Source: Caecitellus pseudoparvulus (Eukaryota; Protista; Bigyra: Bicosoecida). Taken from it: a DNA stretch of 64,000 bases. The DNA is taken from positions 116,319 to 180,318 of the forward strand of contig CBFFRQ010000076.1 of the NCBI GenBank assembly GCA_965644315.1, read 5' to 3'. Below, in pieces: positions 35,340 through 47,253 of this stretch. The notes beneath the pieces are model-generated. The model ran no database searches, was not told where the DNA came from, and saw only the letters and a program-made list of their open reading frames with translations. Position 1 is the first letter of the stretch, and every line of letters starts with the position of its first letter. Position numbers and translations under genes: made by a program.

Positions 35340-38300
35340 ATGGGCTTGTTTGGGGACGGGGTGGCGCGTCCGAAGCTGCTGGATCGAGTCAAGTTGACCA
35401 CCTTCAAGCTCTTTCAGCTCATGACAGACAAGATGGCAGACCAGACGGCCACGAAAATGCGCAGCCAGCGGCTGGTGGGGTACCTGCTGCTGAGCATTGA
35501 CTTCCTGCAGTTGCTGGCGCTGCTGACCAGCACTTCCATGGGGTGGCCGCCTTCAGCCATGAGTTGGCTGGCATTCCTGTCTTTCTTTTCTGACATCATC
35601 CCAGTCACGTCTCAGACAATCTTCGTCTTGAGCTTCTGCGTCGCCATGACGCTGGTCGTCATCTCCGCAGGCGTGACGGTGTATGTGTGGGTGTCTGCGT
35701 GGCAGGGGCAGTACAACATGATCTGGCCCCTGAAAGTGCTGAGAGTACTGGTCACCACCATTGTCACAGTGGGCTTCATCCCGCTCATGAAGGTGTTGCT
35801 GCGGCCGTTGTCTTGTGCCCAGCTGGCGGCGGACCTGGGGTGGGCCGGGCCGCAGAGCGCCTGCATGCAAGGGCGCCTGGCAGCTGTCTTCTCGCTGGCT
35901 GTCATCGGGCTGTCCTTCCTTGTACCATTCTCCCTGTTCATGCAGCTCGTGTACTATGAGGACAACCCGCTGAGCGGCGCGCCACAGTGCAAGCCCAGTG
36001 GGCGCGTGGACGCCGTGCACACTCTTGTCCGGGCAGCAGTCACGGCCCTGACTGTCTTTGTCACGGACAATGCCGGCGCGAAGAGCCTCTGCATTGTCTT
36101 CATCTTCTGCTGCTTGCTGGCAGGAACTGCATGGCGCTTGCCGTACTACCGCCTGAGCATGAACCGCATCAGGTGTGCACAGTACGCCAGCTTCTCTTGG
36201 CTTGCAGCTGGCTCTGCGGCGAGCGCCCTGAGCGGAAACAGCAGCGCACCCGCCGGCTCCACTTGGTTTTTCGTGGCAGTTTCTTGGGTCTGCTTCACCC
36301 CCATCCCAGCCTACCTTGCCTCGTGGTTGCCATGGTGGCGGTACGCTCTCCTGCACCGCCTTGCCACCCAGATCCCACTCCCAGAGCCAGGGGAAGGGGA
36401 AGGCTTGGCTTCGCCGAGGGTCCCCATGTCTACTATGGGCCTCTGCGACTTAAATCGTGCCCCTTCTCGATCTCTGCTTGAGTTTCAGCCTGATCTGCCC
36501 AGTCGGGCCGAGACTGGCAAGAGCTCCGCACACGGCAGCGTGGCCAGCGCAATGGACTCCACGGACGGCCTGCTGGACGACTCAAGTGACGCTGGCACGG
36601 CTTCTGCTGCATGTCCTGATGCAGCCCCCCCAGAGCATGCAGATCCGCCCCGCAGTCCTGCTCTTCCCAGCGGCCACGAGCCAGAGGAGCATAGCTCTGC
36701 TGTCCGGACAGGTCCGGGCCCACTCCGCCGCATGCCCACGCAGCATGTCAGAGAACCAGCCTCCATTCCAGCCTTGGGGGGGCTCCACTACAAGGTGCAG
36801 CAGCAATCCCCGGAAGCGAAGAATGTGGAGTGGCTGCTGCAGACAGTTCGCAAGTATTGGATCACTGAGAGCGACGTGGAGGTAATGGCACGCAGCCTGC
36901 TCAAGCCCTCGCACTTGAGTGTTGACTCGCTGCACCAGGTGGATGCGTTGTTTTCTGCAGCACTGCATCCCAAGACCTTTGGGGTGTCCAGCCCGTTTCT
37001 GCGAGTGGCATACAGCACCTTCATCGTGCACCACAAGGTGGACCAGCTCCCCGCACTGCAGCAGCTGCGGGAGGCGTCCCGGGCGGAGGCTTCCTTGGAC
37101 TTGGGCTTCCAGGTGTACAAGAAACTGCAGGCATGGTACCAGAACAGGCACCAGGAGGAAGTCGGGACGGCAGTGGATTCCCTGGCTTTGATCCAGTTCA
37201 AGAAGTACCTGGGGGATGCACAGGCACACCACCGTGAAGCGGTGTCAACGTTGGCTGCTTTGTGGCGGTCCCTGTACGAGCGTCGCACAAGCAGCAAGAG
37301 CTCTGTGGACCACAACAAGATTGTGCAGCACCTGAACCGCTTCACACATGAACGGAAGCGTGCAGAGAAGTCGTACGAGTTGGCCCTGGACAAGTTCCCC
37401 CTCAGCAAGAAGCTGCTGCGCTCCTACGCGCTTTTTCAGCTTCACGTGGAGAATGACGTCGGCAGCAGCAAAGCGTTGTTGAGCCGGGTGGACGAAATCG
37501 AATCGGTGGATGCAAATGAGCTCAAGTCCATGGGCGGTTCCAAGTTTACCCCGACGGTGTCTGATGGCCAGTCGCGTTCGTCAGGCAGCTCGACGAGGTC
37601 GAGGGGCAGCGTGGGCGGCACTCGTCGATCTCGGTCGAGGGTGCGCCGTGACGAAGTTGACATGGTGTCCAATCACATGATGTGGTTCAGAATCGCCATT
37701 GCGGTGTTGGTTGGGTGCTGCGTTGGCATCTACATCTCGTCGATGAGCGTCACAGATGCGTTCGCCGTGTCCCTCGAGTCCATGGATGGCGCGGGGCTGC
37801 GGAGGAAGCTGACGAGCAGTGCATTTTATTTTGCCAGGGGCTTGCAGCTTGCTGCTTTGAATGGCAGCGCTGCCACTGTGGATGCCTTGCGAGGCGGACT
37901 GCTCAAGGAGATGAAGACGCTGCACACGAAGCACTCTGACCTGTTCTACCACGGGCAACCCGTGGAGGAAGTGTACGCGTTGTACCGCGAGCCTCGTGTG
38001 CAGGTGATGCACACGCTGGCAGAAGCCCACAATCAGAGTGTCGTGTACAACCTTGGCCTGTGGGATGCGGGGAACATGCTGGTGTCCGCCGGCATCCGCG
38101 TGGCGCAGTACTCGATGGAAGACTTGAAGCAAGCAGAGCGGCGCAGCGAGTGGAGGTTCCTCATGGACAACTCCAGGGCCGCCATCATCCCAAGTTTTGA
38201 TGAAGCGGTGGGGTACTACCAAGACTACGACCAGCGGGTCACGTACAATGGGGGGGTTGTGCAGGCGACGCTGCTGGCTTGCATGGTGCTGGTCACGGGG

Positions 38301-39905
38301 CTGCTGGTTTGGGGTGTCTTTCGCCCCATCCTGACAATGGTGTACTCGTCAAAGAAGTCTGTACTGGACATCGTGGATGCTATTCCAACTCATGCGCTCC
38401 GCTTGCTTCGCCATCGCTCGAAGCGCATGGCGACGCTGTATCAACGCATGGAGCGCCAAGCCGACGAGGAACAAGGCGTGACAGAAGGCAAGCTCTTTGC
38501 CGTCACGACGCACAACATTGAGCCAGCAGCGAGTAAGACCCACACAGAGACAGTCGAGGAGGTCACGGACAGCGAGGAGGGTGAGAGCGACGAGGATGCA
38601 GGGTCGGTTGGACCCGCGCTGGCCGGGCGTGCGCAGACCCGGGCAGAAGTCCTGAAAGGCCTGCGGACGCCGTCAAGCCGAAAGATCGCCCCAGCTCCAG
38701 TGCATGCCGAGGGTACTTTGGAGCCTGAGAGTGCCGTTGCTGCACTCGCGACACCTGCCCTTCAAGAGGAGGGGCTTGCTCCAGCGGCACAGCCTGGGGT
38801 TGGGGACACTCGCCTCGTCGTGTCAGACCGCAGCGTGAAGGCTGAGCCCGTCAAGCACGTGGCAGCATCCCCCAAGACGATACAGAAACAGACAAGCAGC
38901 TCCTACCGCCCTCCAAGGGTAGATGGCGATGTGGTGCACGTGATAGACGGGGAGCCAGGTGGCCACAAGCCTGACGGTCAGCAATCCCATGCGCGGTACA
39001 GCTACACCATGTCCCTCCGCAAACTGACTCACTCCTCTCCTTTGTTCTGTGCCAAGGGCCGCTGGTTCCCCAAGGATACTCGAGTGCGGCGGCTGGCCAT
39101 GATCATGGCCTTGGCAGTGGTGCTGTTGCTCAGTCTGTACGCCAGTAGCTTCTCAGTCACCCTGGTCATCTTCAGCCGGGGGAGCTTCTCATCGGCTGAG
39201 CTGAACAACGCAGGCAGGCGAAGATACCTAGCTCGGGAGGTAGTGAACGCTGCAAGGGAGCTTATGCTGGGTGAAGGTGGCTCTGCAGAGCGAGGGCGCC
39301 TGGCTACCGATCTATCCAGCCTGGTCAGCTACTACCGTCGAGTGCACAACGGTCTGCGTCATGGAGATGCTGGACTGAACCTTCCTGGCTCAGAAAGGAG
39401 GTACCCACCACGAGAGGCACTGATGTACGGGAAAGATGCCGCCTTTCAGCAGACTGGGGACGCTTACGAGGCGCTGACTTCTCAGGGTGTCCATGACATG
39501 TTGGTGGCGTACTGGAGCATGGCAGAGGACATTCTGGCCCGATACGGGAACTCCACTGACACCCAAGTTGGTTTGAGCCTGCCACGTGTCATGGCAGACC
39601 CTGTCATGGCAGCCATGCTCCGCATGGAGTCCAGCACGCTGGGTGCAGGACTTGGCGCTGCAGTGCGCATGTACCGGGAGGAGGGCTACGCCATCCTCGA
39701 TGAGCTGCAGCTGTACGAAGACATCATCTTGAGCGTGAACATCATCGTCATTGGCATGCTGTACGTTGTGCTGTTTCGGCAGGCAGTTGCAGAGGTGCAG
39801 TCTGAAGTGCGCAGGCGTGAGGAGATGCTGTTGCTCATGCCTGTGACTGTGGTGAGCAAGACACGACACTTGCAGCGCTTCTTCATTCAACAGCACCAGA
39901 CTTGA
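35340..39905 (+). CDS. TmcB/TmcC-like (tiny macrocysts) multi-pass membrane protein, about 1520 aa, intronless
   Basis: N-terminal multi-TM block (IDFLQLL...LPYY), helical TPR-like region (FPLSKKLLRSYALFQLHVEND), two TM-extracellular-TM modules with G-x-RR motifs, C-terminal LLLMP. Confidence 0.75.
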   Translation: MGLFGDGVARPKLLDRVKLTTFKLFQLMTDKMADQTATKMRSQRLVGYLLLSIDFLQLLALLTSTSMGWPPSAMSWLAFLSFFSDIIPVTSQTIFVLSFCVAMTLVVISAGVTVYVWVSAWQGQYNMIWPLKVLRVLVTTIVTVGFIPLMKVLLRPLSCAQLAADLGWAGPQSACMQGRLAAVFSLAVIGLSFLVPFSLFMQLVYYEDNPLSGAPQCKPSGRVDAVHTLVRAAVTALTVFVTDNAGAKSLCIVFIFCCLLAGTAWRLPYYRLSMNRIRCAQYASFSWLAAGSAASALSGNSSAPAGSTWFFVAVSWVCFTPIPAYLASWLPWWRYALLHRLATQIPLPEPGEGEGLASPRVPMSTMGLCDLNRAPSRSLLEFQPDLPSRAETGKSSAHGSVASAMDSTDGLLDDSSDAGTASAACPDAAPPEHADPPRSPALPSGHEPEEHSSAVRTGPGPLRRMPTQHVREPASIPALGGLHYKVQQQSPEAKNVEWLLQTVRKYWITESDVEVMARSLLKPSHLSVDSLHQVDALFSAALHPKTFGVSSPFLRVAYSTFIVHHKVDQLPALQQLREASRAEASLDLGFQVYKKLQAWYQNRHQEEVGTAVDSLALIQFKKYLGDAQAHHREAVSTLAALWRSLYERRTSSKSSVDHNKIVQHLNRFTHERKRAEKSYELALDKFPLSKKLLRSYALFQLHVENDVGSSKALLSRVDEIESVDANELKSMGGSKFTPTVSDGQSRSSGSSTRSRGSVGGTRRSRSRVRRDEVDMVSNHMMWFRIAIAVLVGCCVGIYISSMSVTDAFAVSLESMDGAGLRRKLTSSAFYFARGLQLAALNGSAATVDALRGGLLKEMKTLHTKHSDLFYHGQPVEEVYALYREPRVQVMHTLAEAHNQSVVYNLGLWDAGNMLVSAGIRVAQYSMEDLKQAERRSEWRFLMDNSRAAIIPSFDEAVGYYQDYDQRVTYNGGVVQATLLACMVLVTGLLVWGVFRPILTMVYSSKKSVLDIVDAIPTHALRLLRHRSKRMATLYQRMERQADEEQGVTEGKLFAVTTHNIEPAASKTHTETVEEVTDSEEGESDEDAGSVGPALAGRAQTRAEVLKGLRTPSSRKIAPAPVHAEGTLEPESAVAALATPALQEEGLAPAAQPGVGDTRLVVSDRSVKAEPVKHVAASPKTIQKQTSSSYRPPRVDGDVVHVIDGEPGGHKPDGQQSHARYSYTMSLRKLTHSSPLFCAKGRWFPKDTRVRRLAMIMALAVVLLLSLYASSFSVTLVIFSRGSFSSAELNNAGRRRYLAREVVNAARELMLGEGGSAERGRLATDLSSLVSYYRRVHNGLRHGDAGLNLPGSERRYPPREALMYGKDAAFQQTGDAYEALTSQGVHDMLVAYWSMAEDILARYGNSTDTQVGLSLPRVMADPVMAAMLRMESSTLGAGLGAAVRMYREEGYAILDELQLYEDIILSVNIIVIGMLYVVLFRQAVAEVQSEVRRREEMLLLMPVTVVSKTRHLQRFFIQQHQT

Positions 39906-39922
39906 GGAGGCAGGCAATGTCA

Positions 39923-42900
39923 CTAAACCTGCCCATCAGCAGATGCCACTTGCTGAATGAGCTTTGCCACCAGGGCTGTCCAGCCCGCTTGGTGGCTGGC
40001 GCCCAGGCCCTCTCCCGAGTCTCCATGGAAATACTCATGAAACAAAACGTTGCCGTGCAACAGGGGGTGCTCAGACCAGACTTTCGATGGGCCCATTGCG
40101 GGTCGCTTGCCTGGATGGGCATCTTTGGAAGGGATGGTTTGGAACAAGGAGATGAGGCGGCGGCTGAGCTCGCTCGCAGCGCCCCACAGAGAGGTGTGCG
40201 CCAGCGGGCCTTGTTCGCTGCCCTGCCGCATCACAACCGAGAAGGAGTCCCCAAAGAACCGGTCAAACTTCTGCAGGCTCTCTATCATGAGGTAGTTCAC
40301 AGGCATCCAAACTGGCCCCCGCCAGTTTGAATTGCCCCCGAGCATGCCCGTCCGGCTCTCACCCGGTTCATACCCGACGTGGGCGCAGCCTCGCGGAGTA
40401 GGGAACGCAAAGGGGGTGCTCCTGTACTCCGCCGACAGACTGCGAAGGCCAAAGGGCGAGAGGAACTGCTCCTCGTCAAACATGCGATCGCAGATGCGCT
40501 GCAGCTGGCGCGGGTTTACCAGGGACAGTAGGAGAGTTCCACCCAAAGCGTCTGCCGCGGCATCTACACCCGCAGATGCCGCGGCAGACACATCACCCAT
40601 GGGATGCTGGGGAGTACCCCCTGCCCCCAGATCCAGCCAGCTGGCAAGGGTGTCCACGGAACACGTGTCCAGTGAGTGCACAACCAAGCCAGTGTCTGGA
40701 TCAGCAATGCACGGCTCAGTGTGCTCAGTCCCAAGGCTGGGCCCCCACCACCGGACGTGGCCCCGCACTTCCTGGGCACGGTGCCGCATGAACCACTGCA
40801 AGCGGCGTGCCAGTCGCGGCAGTGTGCGCAGGGTGGACGCGGACAGCGTCGTGACGGCGTACAGCGGGATGAGCCCGACAAACGAGCGCAGCTTGATGGG
40901 GACGGGCGGCGTTGAGCCGTCCGGCGCCCGCACAATGCGGTCGTAGAAGAAGCCACTTTCTCTGTCCCACAGCCCCGAGTCATGGCCTGTAGCCGCGTCT
41001 GCTCCACGTCGCCGGGCAGTGCCGGTGACTCGGGAGCTGATGAGGAAGAAGTGCTCCAGAAACTTCCCCGCAACTTCCTCGTACGACGCGTCGTACAGCG
41101 CCAGTTCCACGGCGATTTCCAGCATGTTCAAGCAGAACATGGCCATCCAGGCAGAAGCGTCAGCTTGTTGTAGGCGAGGCTTGTGCGCGGCGGCGGAGGT
41201 GGCGCCTTCAGCCCAGTCGTCGGGGTCGAATTCACTGCGGTTGAAGACACCGATGTTGTCCAGGCCGAGGAAACCGCCCTCAAACAAGTTGTGGCCATCT
41301 GCATCTTTTCGGTTGACCCACCAGGTGAAGTTCAACAGCAACTTGTGGAAGGCCCGCTGCAGAAAGTCGTAGTCGCCGTGCCGCGTCAAGGGGTGCACGC
41401 CACCACCCCGCCCTGTGCCACTGGCCGTGGACCCAACATCCGAAGCATTGGCAGTGCCCAGGCTGCCCACTGAAAAGGCGGAGCTGTGGACACGGGGCAG
41501 GGACGGCGCGCCTTCGCCCGGCGTGCCGTCCCTGCCTTCGTTCGCTTCGAAGCGCGCCTTGCGGTCCATGCGGAAAATGCGCAGCACAGACCAAGCATGC
41601 ACGGGTGGGTTCGTGTCGCCAAAGTCCCACTCATACGCAGGCAGCTGGCCAGCGGGAGACAAGTACCAGTCCCGCAGCAGCAGCAGCAACTGGCGTTTGG
41701 CCCACTCCCGGTCCACGAGCGCCAGCGGAAGCATGTGGAATGCTAGGTCCCACGAGGCAAACCACGGATACTCCCAGCTATCGGGCATGCTGAGGATGTC
41801 TGCAGCGTAAAAGTGGCGCCAACCTGCGTTCCGAGCTGTTTGACGCGCAGCTGGCGGCGCAGGTGTGCCCGGGTCGCCGTCCAGCCACATCTGCACGCCG
41901 TAGTGGTAGTACTGCTTGCACCACATGAGCCCAGCAAGGGCCTGCCGCTGGATGGCGGCATCGTGCGCCGACAGATTGCGCGGGGCGAGCGCCGTGAAGA
42001 ATGCGTCTGCCTCCCGTCGCCGCAGCGCAAAACACGCGTCGAACCCGCCAAACCCAAGCGTGTTGACAAACCCTGCATCTCGCAAGGCTTGCACTTCTGC
42101 ACCTGCGCTCTGGACTGCCACGACTCCGCCGGCAGTGTGGGGGCTTGAGTAGCGACCCTGAGGCACGCTTGCTCGTGGTGTGTCACTGCCCTGCGCAGTA
42201 CGCTGGTGTTCCGGGGTTTCTGTGTCCGAGGCCTCCGCTGGCTGGGCGGGGCGCTGTTCCAACGGCCCGCCACACGCGTCTTGCTCAGCCAGGCCTTCAT
42301 CTCCATCCACCGTACGGGAAGAGTCGTCGGTGCTGACTCCACCTGCCGCGGGTGCAGTGCGGGGCACGGAAAGCCTGCATCGCACCACCGCCGTGCCGCC
42401 TGCAGGCACTGTGACTGACACCCACGCAGCGGCCTTGGTACCTTTGCACCCCCGTGGTTTCACACCTGCCTCGCCATGCACGACTGCGCGTTCGACGCCA
42501 TCTTTGGCAAACCACACACCTCGTGGTGGCGTGCTTCGAAACGGCTCACAGATGCTGGCATTGCCTTCATCATGAGCAGCGCTTGGCGGGTTCTCAAGCG
42601 ACCCGTCGCCGCCCCACACACCCTTGAAGTTAGTGTTGTTGTCTGTCACCAGCATGCCACGCTCGCTCCAGCCAGCAGGGCGAGGCCAGGCCACCGCATC
42701 CGGCACCGGCCGCCCCGAGCCATCCGCCACCTCCGGTGCACCCACAGCGAAGGACAGGTGGCCCAGGTGACGTTCAAAGCCCACCATGGCCAAGGCAGCA
42801 GCAGTGTGGGAGGATGGCCCAGATGTGGGCGCTTGTTCTTTGCGGGCGGTGGGCCCATCTGCCGCTCGAGGCCGGCTGAAGCTGCCGCCGTGCGCAGCCT

Positions 42901-44028
42901 GCACCAGGGGCACACGGTGTTGTGTGGCGGTGCCCCCCTCTGCTCCCTGGTCTCGCACAGGCTCAGGGTGGTATAGACAAGGTGACTGGGGTGACGCTGG
43001 TTGTGTGTCCACCTCAGCAACCCACGGCATGGCTGGGTTGTACCCCCAGGACCACGTGTTGCGGAACCACAGGGTGGGCAGGACGTGCAAGGTAGCAGTG
43101 GACGCTGACGGGTTCCGCACCGTGATGCGTTGGAGAATGTCAGTGGGGCCTGCCTTGGCGTACTCTACCGTGACGTGCCACCACTGGCCCTCTAGCATGG
43201 CGCGTTCACCCAACGCATCACACAGCTCCAGCTCCCGGTCACCATAGCCACGCTGGGCGTTTCCCTCCACCAGCTTGGCGTAGGGAAATGGCACCATGGG
43301 GTACAAGTACGACATGCGCATGTAGGAGTGTGTCGGTGTGGAGTCCTCGTGGAACCAGTACTCCTTGGCATCTTCGCCGTGGTTGCCTTCGTGCCCGTTG
43401 AGGCCAAACAGCCGTTCCTTCAAGATGGGGTCTACTCCATTCCACAAGGCGATGCCCAGGCACAAGTTCTGATGTCGATTGCATATGGCGCCGAGGCCAT
43501 CCTCGTTCCACCTGGTGCGGGGTAGGAGATGGGGAGTGTCGCCGAAGCTGGCGCTGGGCGCCAAAACGCAGGCGAAACGCTACACACCGAAAGGCACGCT
43601 TGCGAGCGTGGTCATGGGGGAAGAAATTCCAGGCATCGCCACTATCACTATAATCTTCTCGAACTGCACAGCATTAGGGTGCTGGCGGGTACTGAGGTGT
43701 TCGGCAGGCCGCCGAAGGCCGAGCACAGAATCTTGCGAGGCGAAGGCTGGCTTCAAGCGAAGCACGCACCAGTGCCCCAAGCCCGCTCCGCGACGTAGGG
43801 CCCCCACTCGCGCCAGTCCACGTGGCGGGCGTCACTAGCTCGCAGGCGAGCGTGTTCTTCAGTCTTTGCTGCTGCCCCCGTCACGGACACAGTGCGGTGT
43901 GAGCGGGCGCTGGCGCCAGACGCCACGGAACCATGGAACCACCCCACGCTGCCGCCCGTGACACTGTCAGCATCGCCAGCTACACTGCCAGAGCTGGAGG
44001 CAGACCTCCCCCGGTACAGGGACGCCAT
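39923..44028 (-). CDS. GH63-like glucosidase (MGH1 / yeast YMR196W-like)
   Basis: Spliced WGPYVAERAWGT|VREDYS...PHDHAR..FR|WNEDG; ILKERLFGL, GNHGEDAKE, SMPDSWEYPWFASWDLAFH, GGFLGLDNIG, NSNWRGPVW, FHEYFHGDSGEGLGASHQAGWT. Confidence 0.9.
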
Positions 44029-44181
44029 GGTGCTCCCTCTCTGCAGATGAAAAGGCAAGGGCGGCAGTGGCGGTGGGGGTGTGAAAGTGAGTTTTTGGTC
44101 GTAGTCGTGATTGAGCGGCAGGCCTCCAGCAGAGTGCGCCCGGTACAGCCAGCATAAGAAGGATTGCATTGCCATTGTGCG

Positions 44182-47100
44182 TCATGCGTGGGATTTCCGC
44201 ATGGCGGCTGCCTTGCGCTGGCGCCTGCGCTGGGCGGTCTTGGCCTGGCGACGGGCTGTGATGCGTTTCAGCTGTGCTGCGTTGCGGCGCTCCACTCCCC
44301 TTCGAGAGTCATTCCTGCCGAGAGCATAGGGGTTGGAAGCTGCCCGTGGCATGAGTCGGATGGGTGTGCCCCAGAGGCCGAACTCTGTGCGCAGGGAATT
44401 GACGAGAAACGCCTGGTATGACTCCGGCACGTCTTCGCGGTTGGCGAACAGCGCGAAGGTGGGCGGGCGAGTGGCAGTTTGCGAGAGGAACTTGAGTTTG
44501 AGAGGCACATCGCGCGAGGTGCTGCGGCGGCTGCGCAAGGCTCCTGACTGCCGCACGTGCACCTGTTTGAAGGCGGCAGGGGGCGGGTGGTGCCGAGCAA
44601 GTCTGTGCAACCAACGGTTCAAGTAGCCAGTGGGCACCCTGCTGCGCCAGCGGTCATGGGCTCGCAGCACTGCCGGGAGCAGGCCTGCGAGGCCATTCCC
44701 TGTCAGTGCCGAGATGGGCACCACCTCCACCCCCTTCAGGCCTGGGATGGATGACTCCACCTTGGCCGTCGCACCAGCCCGCGTGGCAGCGCGATCAGAT
44801 AAGCCATCGCACTTGTTCAAAGCCACGACGAGGGGGCGGCCCTGCTGCACGGCGTCACGGGCCAGGGCCATGTCCTGGTGACTCACGCCGTACACGCCAT
44901 CCACCACCAGCACCACAACGTGTGACAGGGCCAGCGCACGTTGGGCAGCAGAAACGCTCTGCGGCTCCAGTGCAGAACCCGTGTCCACTTGCCCCCACCG
45001 GCGCATGCCAGCGGTGTCCACCAGCGTGAACGGGGTGCCTTTGTACGTGAACGGCACATACGTCGGGTCACGTGTGACTCCTGCCGCTGGCCCGGTCAGG
45101 ACACGTGTGCTGCCCACGAGGGAGTTCGTGAGGGTGCTCTTGCCCACGTTGGGGCGTCCGATTATGCTGACGACAATGGGGTTGGCGGCACGCTGCGCCG
45201 CGCGCTCAGCGGCCTTGACGCCAGCCTTGCTGGGTGTGGAGGGGCCCAGGATGAGGTACCCTTTGGCGTCGTACACAGCGCCCCGAGGGGACACCTTGAC
45301 CCGCCCACCGCCGTCGGTGCCGAGGTCAACGTGCAGCGCGACAGAGCCGTCCTGCAGCGTTTCAGAGCGCTGAGCAGTGGACTGTCCGGGCACTGCAACG
45401 GTCTTGTCGAAGTTCGAGTGGGGTGTGGGCGCCAGGCGGAAGGCTTCCGCTGGGCGTGAGGAAAGCACTGTGCCTTCAATTTCCGGCCCATCCACGTGCC
45501 CTCGCCAACCTTCATCGAACCAGGCCGCTTCATCTGCATCTTCGTCTTGACCAACACGGTAGTGCAGGTCACGCAGAACGTCGGCCGTCTCCGCGCTCAC
45601 TGCAGGGGGTGTCTGTGCAGCTGCGCTGTGCGCCGGCTGCTCGTTGCGTTGTGCGCTGAAACGCTCGAGCCAAGAGCCCATGTCACCCTCTCCATCGGGC
45701 AGCAAGGACTCCTCTGGCAGCGGAAGGGGTTTCTTGGAGCGCATGCCCACCGCTGCTGCATCCCGCTTGGCCTGGGCCCGTTTCGAGGCTTCAAGGGATG
45801 CTTCGGCGGAATTCGGCGCGTGGCTGCTGTGCAGCTTCTGCTTGGCCCCGTCGTCCACCCACTCCTCCTTCGGCACAGGGCCCACGCCGGCCTTTTGCGC
45901 AGCTGCTTGTTCCGAATTCCACACTCTGCGTTGGCGCAGTTTGCTGCGTTTTCGCCCACGTGTTGCCTCGTCAGCTGCTGAAGCAGGGCTGGATGAGCCC
46001 ACTTCACGCTGCGTTGGAGGCGCTGGCACCGCTCGAGGCGGAGTCACTGGACCCAACTGCATGCGTGTGCGAGCAGACCTCGCCACTGGTGTTGTTGCTG
46101 GCTGGTGCTGTGCGGAGCGGCTTCCCACGTCGCCAGCGGCTGCCGTTGAGCCACGGTTGACGGCGGGTTGCGGCAAAGTTGGCATGAGGGGGCGGGGCGG
46201 TGCGCCCCCCCCCTCCAGGCCCACCGGCAGAGGGGACCCCCCTAAATGGCGTTTGTGTGCCGCCGCTGCCGCGTGCTGCTGTTCCCTGCGTGCGGCAGTG
46301 AGCGCCACGGGGTGTAACGCAGCATGCAGCTCTGCAAGCCCATCCCCGTGAGCAGCGGACAGCGGAACGGCCTGGCCAAACCCCAAGCGGTGCCCATCTG
46401 CCACGAGCGTCTCCCACGCATCATCTCCCGTGCTGGAAGCGTGTGCGAATGGCAGCAGCGCCTGGTCGGCACCGCTGCCACTCAGCAGCGCCTCGCGTTG
46501 CAAAGCGCTTGACTCGGCGCCAGCGCCAGGCCCAGCGCCTCCTTCGACAGCGGCTGACCACAGCAGCCCTTCGCATTTATTGGCGACGAGGATGGTGCGT
46601 TGCAGGAGGGGGCGTGTGCCAGGGGGCGCGGTGGCGTCCACTTCCGCGGCCACGCTGCGCAGCCAGCGAGCGGCCGCTTCGTCCTCTGGAGTCACTCCGT
46701 CCCTGGCTGAGACGAGGAAGAGCACGGCATCCACCGAGTGCAATGCAGCAGCAGTGAGGGACTTCATGCGCTGGGTGATGTCGCCGTCCCCGCCGCGGTG
46801 GCGCCCTGCATGCCGCGTCAAGTGCTCCACACCGCCCGTGTCCACGAGCCGGAAAGACAGGCCGGCAAGGGACGCCTCTGCATCTCGCCAGTCTCGAGTC
46901 GTGCCCGGCGTCCGATGGGTGACTGCTCTGCCCTGCCCCTGTGCACTGGTGCCACGGTCCGTGCGCAGGCGGTTGAATAGCGTGCTCTTCCCGACGTTCG
47001 GCCTGCCCACGAGAGCCACGCTGAAACGCCCCTGAAACCCCTCCTCTTTGCCACCGCCCTGGACGGTCACATGGGCCGTCACGGTGCGGCGCTTCGGTTT

Positions 47101-47253
47101 CTTGACCTTCGTTCCTGTTGCATGGCTGCTGAACAGCCTCATGTGAGACGTGTCAGCGCGTGGCGGCTGGGCAGTCACGACACATGCTCGAAGCCGGGCG
47201 CTGCGTGGCCGCCACGGCGCCACCTGCGCCACTGCCAACCGCAGGCGCTGCAT
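44182..47253 (-). CDS. der: EngA/Der double-GTPase ribosome biogenesis factor, probably mitochondrial
   Basis: Two G domains (GRPNVGKS..TTRD..DTGG..NKCE; GRPNVGKS..VTRD..DTAG..NKCD), KH-like tail (QTATRPPTF, LVNSLRTEFGLWGTPIRL), Arg-rich N-terminus resembling a presequence. Confidence 0.92.
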   Translation of the reverse strand: MQRLRLAVAQVAPWRPRSARLRACVVTAQPPRADTSHMRLFSSHATGTKVKKPKRRTVTAHVTVQGGGKEEGFQGRFSVALVGRPNVGKSTLFNRLRTDRGTSAQGQGRAVTHRTPGTTRDWRDAEASLAGLSFRLVDTGGVEHLTRHAGRHRGGDGDITQRMKSLTAAALHSVDAVLFLVSARDGVTPEDEAAARWLRSVAAEVDATAPPGTRPLLQRTILVANKCEGLLWSAAVEGGAGPGAGAESSALQREALLSGSGADQALLPFAHASSTGDDAWETLVADGHRLGFGQAVPLSAAHGDGLAELHAALHPVALTAARREQQHAAAAAHKRHLGGSPLPVGLEGGGAPPRPLMPTLPQPAVNRGSTAAAGDVGSRSAQHQPATTPVARSARTRMQLGPVTPPRAVPAPPTQREVGSSSPASAADEATRGRKRSKLRQRRVWNSEQAAAQKAGVGPVPKEEWVDDGAKQKLHSSHAPNSAEASLEASKRAQAKRDAAAVGMRSKKPLPLPEESLLPDGEGDMGSWLERFSAQRNEQPAHSAAAQTPPAVSAETADVLRDLHYRVGQDEDADEAAWFDEGWRGHVDGPEIEGTVLSSRPAEAFRLAPTPHSNFDKTVAVPGQSTAQRSETLQDGSVALHVDLGTDGGGRVKVSPRGAVYDAKGYLILGPSTPSKAGVKAAERAAQRAANPIVVSIIGRPNVGKSTLTNSLVGSTRVLTGPAAGVTRDPTYVPFTYKGTPFTLVDTAGMRRWGQVDTGSALEPQSVSAAQRALALSHVVVLVVDGVYGVSHQDMALARDAVQQGRPLVVALNKCDGLSDRAATRAGATAKVESSIPGLKGVEVVPISALTGNGLAGLLPAVLRAHDRWRSRVPTGYLNRWLHRLARHHPPPAAFKQVHVRQSGALRSRRSTSRDVPLKLKFLSQTATRPPTFALFANREDVPESYQAFLVNSLRTEFGLWGTPIRLMPRAASNPYALGRNDSRRGVERRNAAQLKRITARRQAKTAQRRRQRKAAAMRKSHA

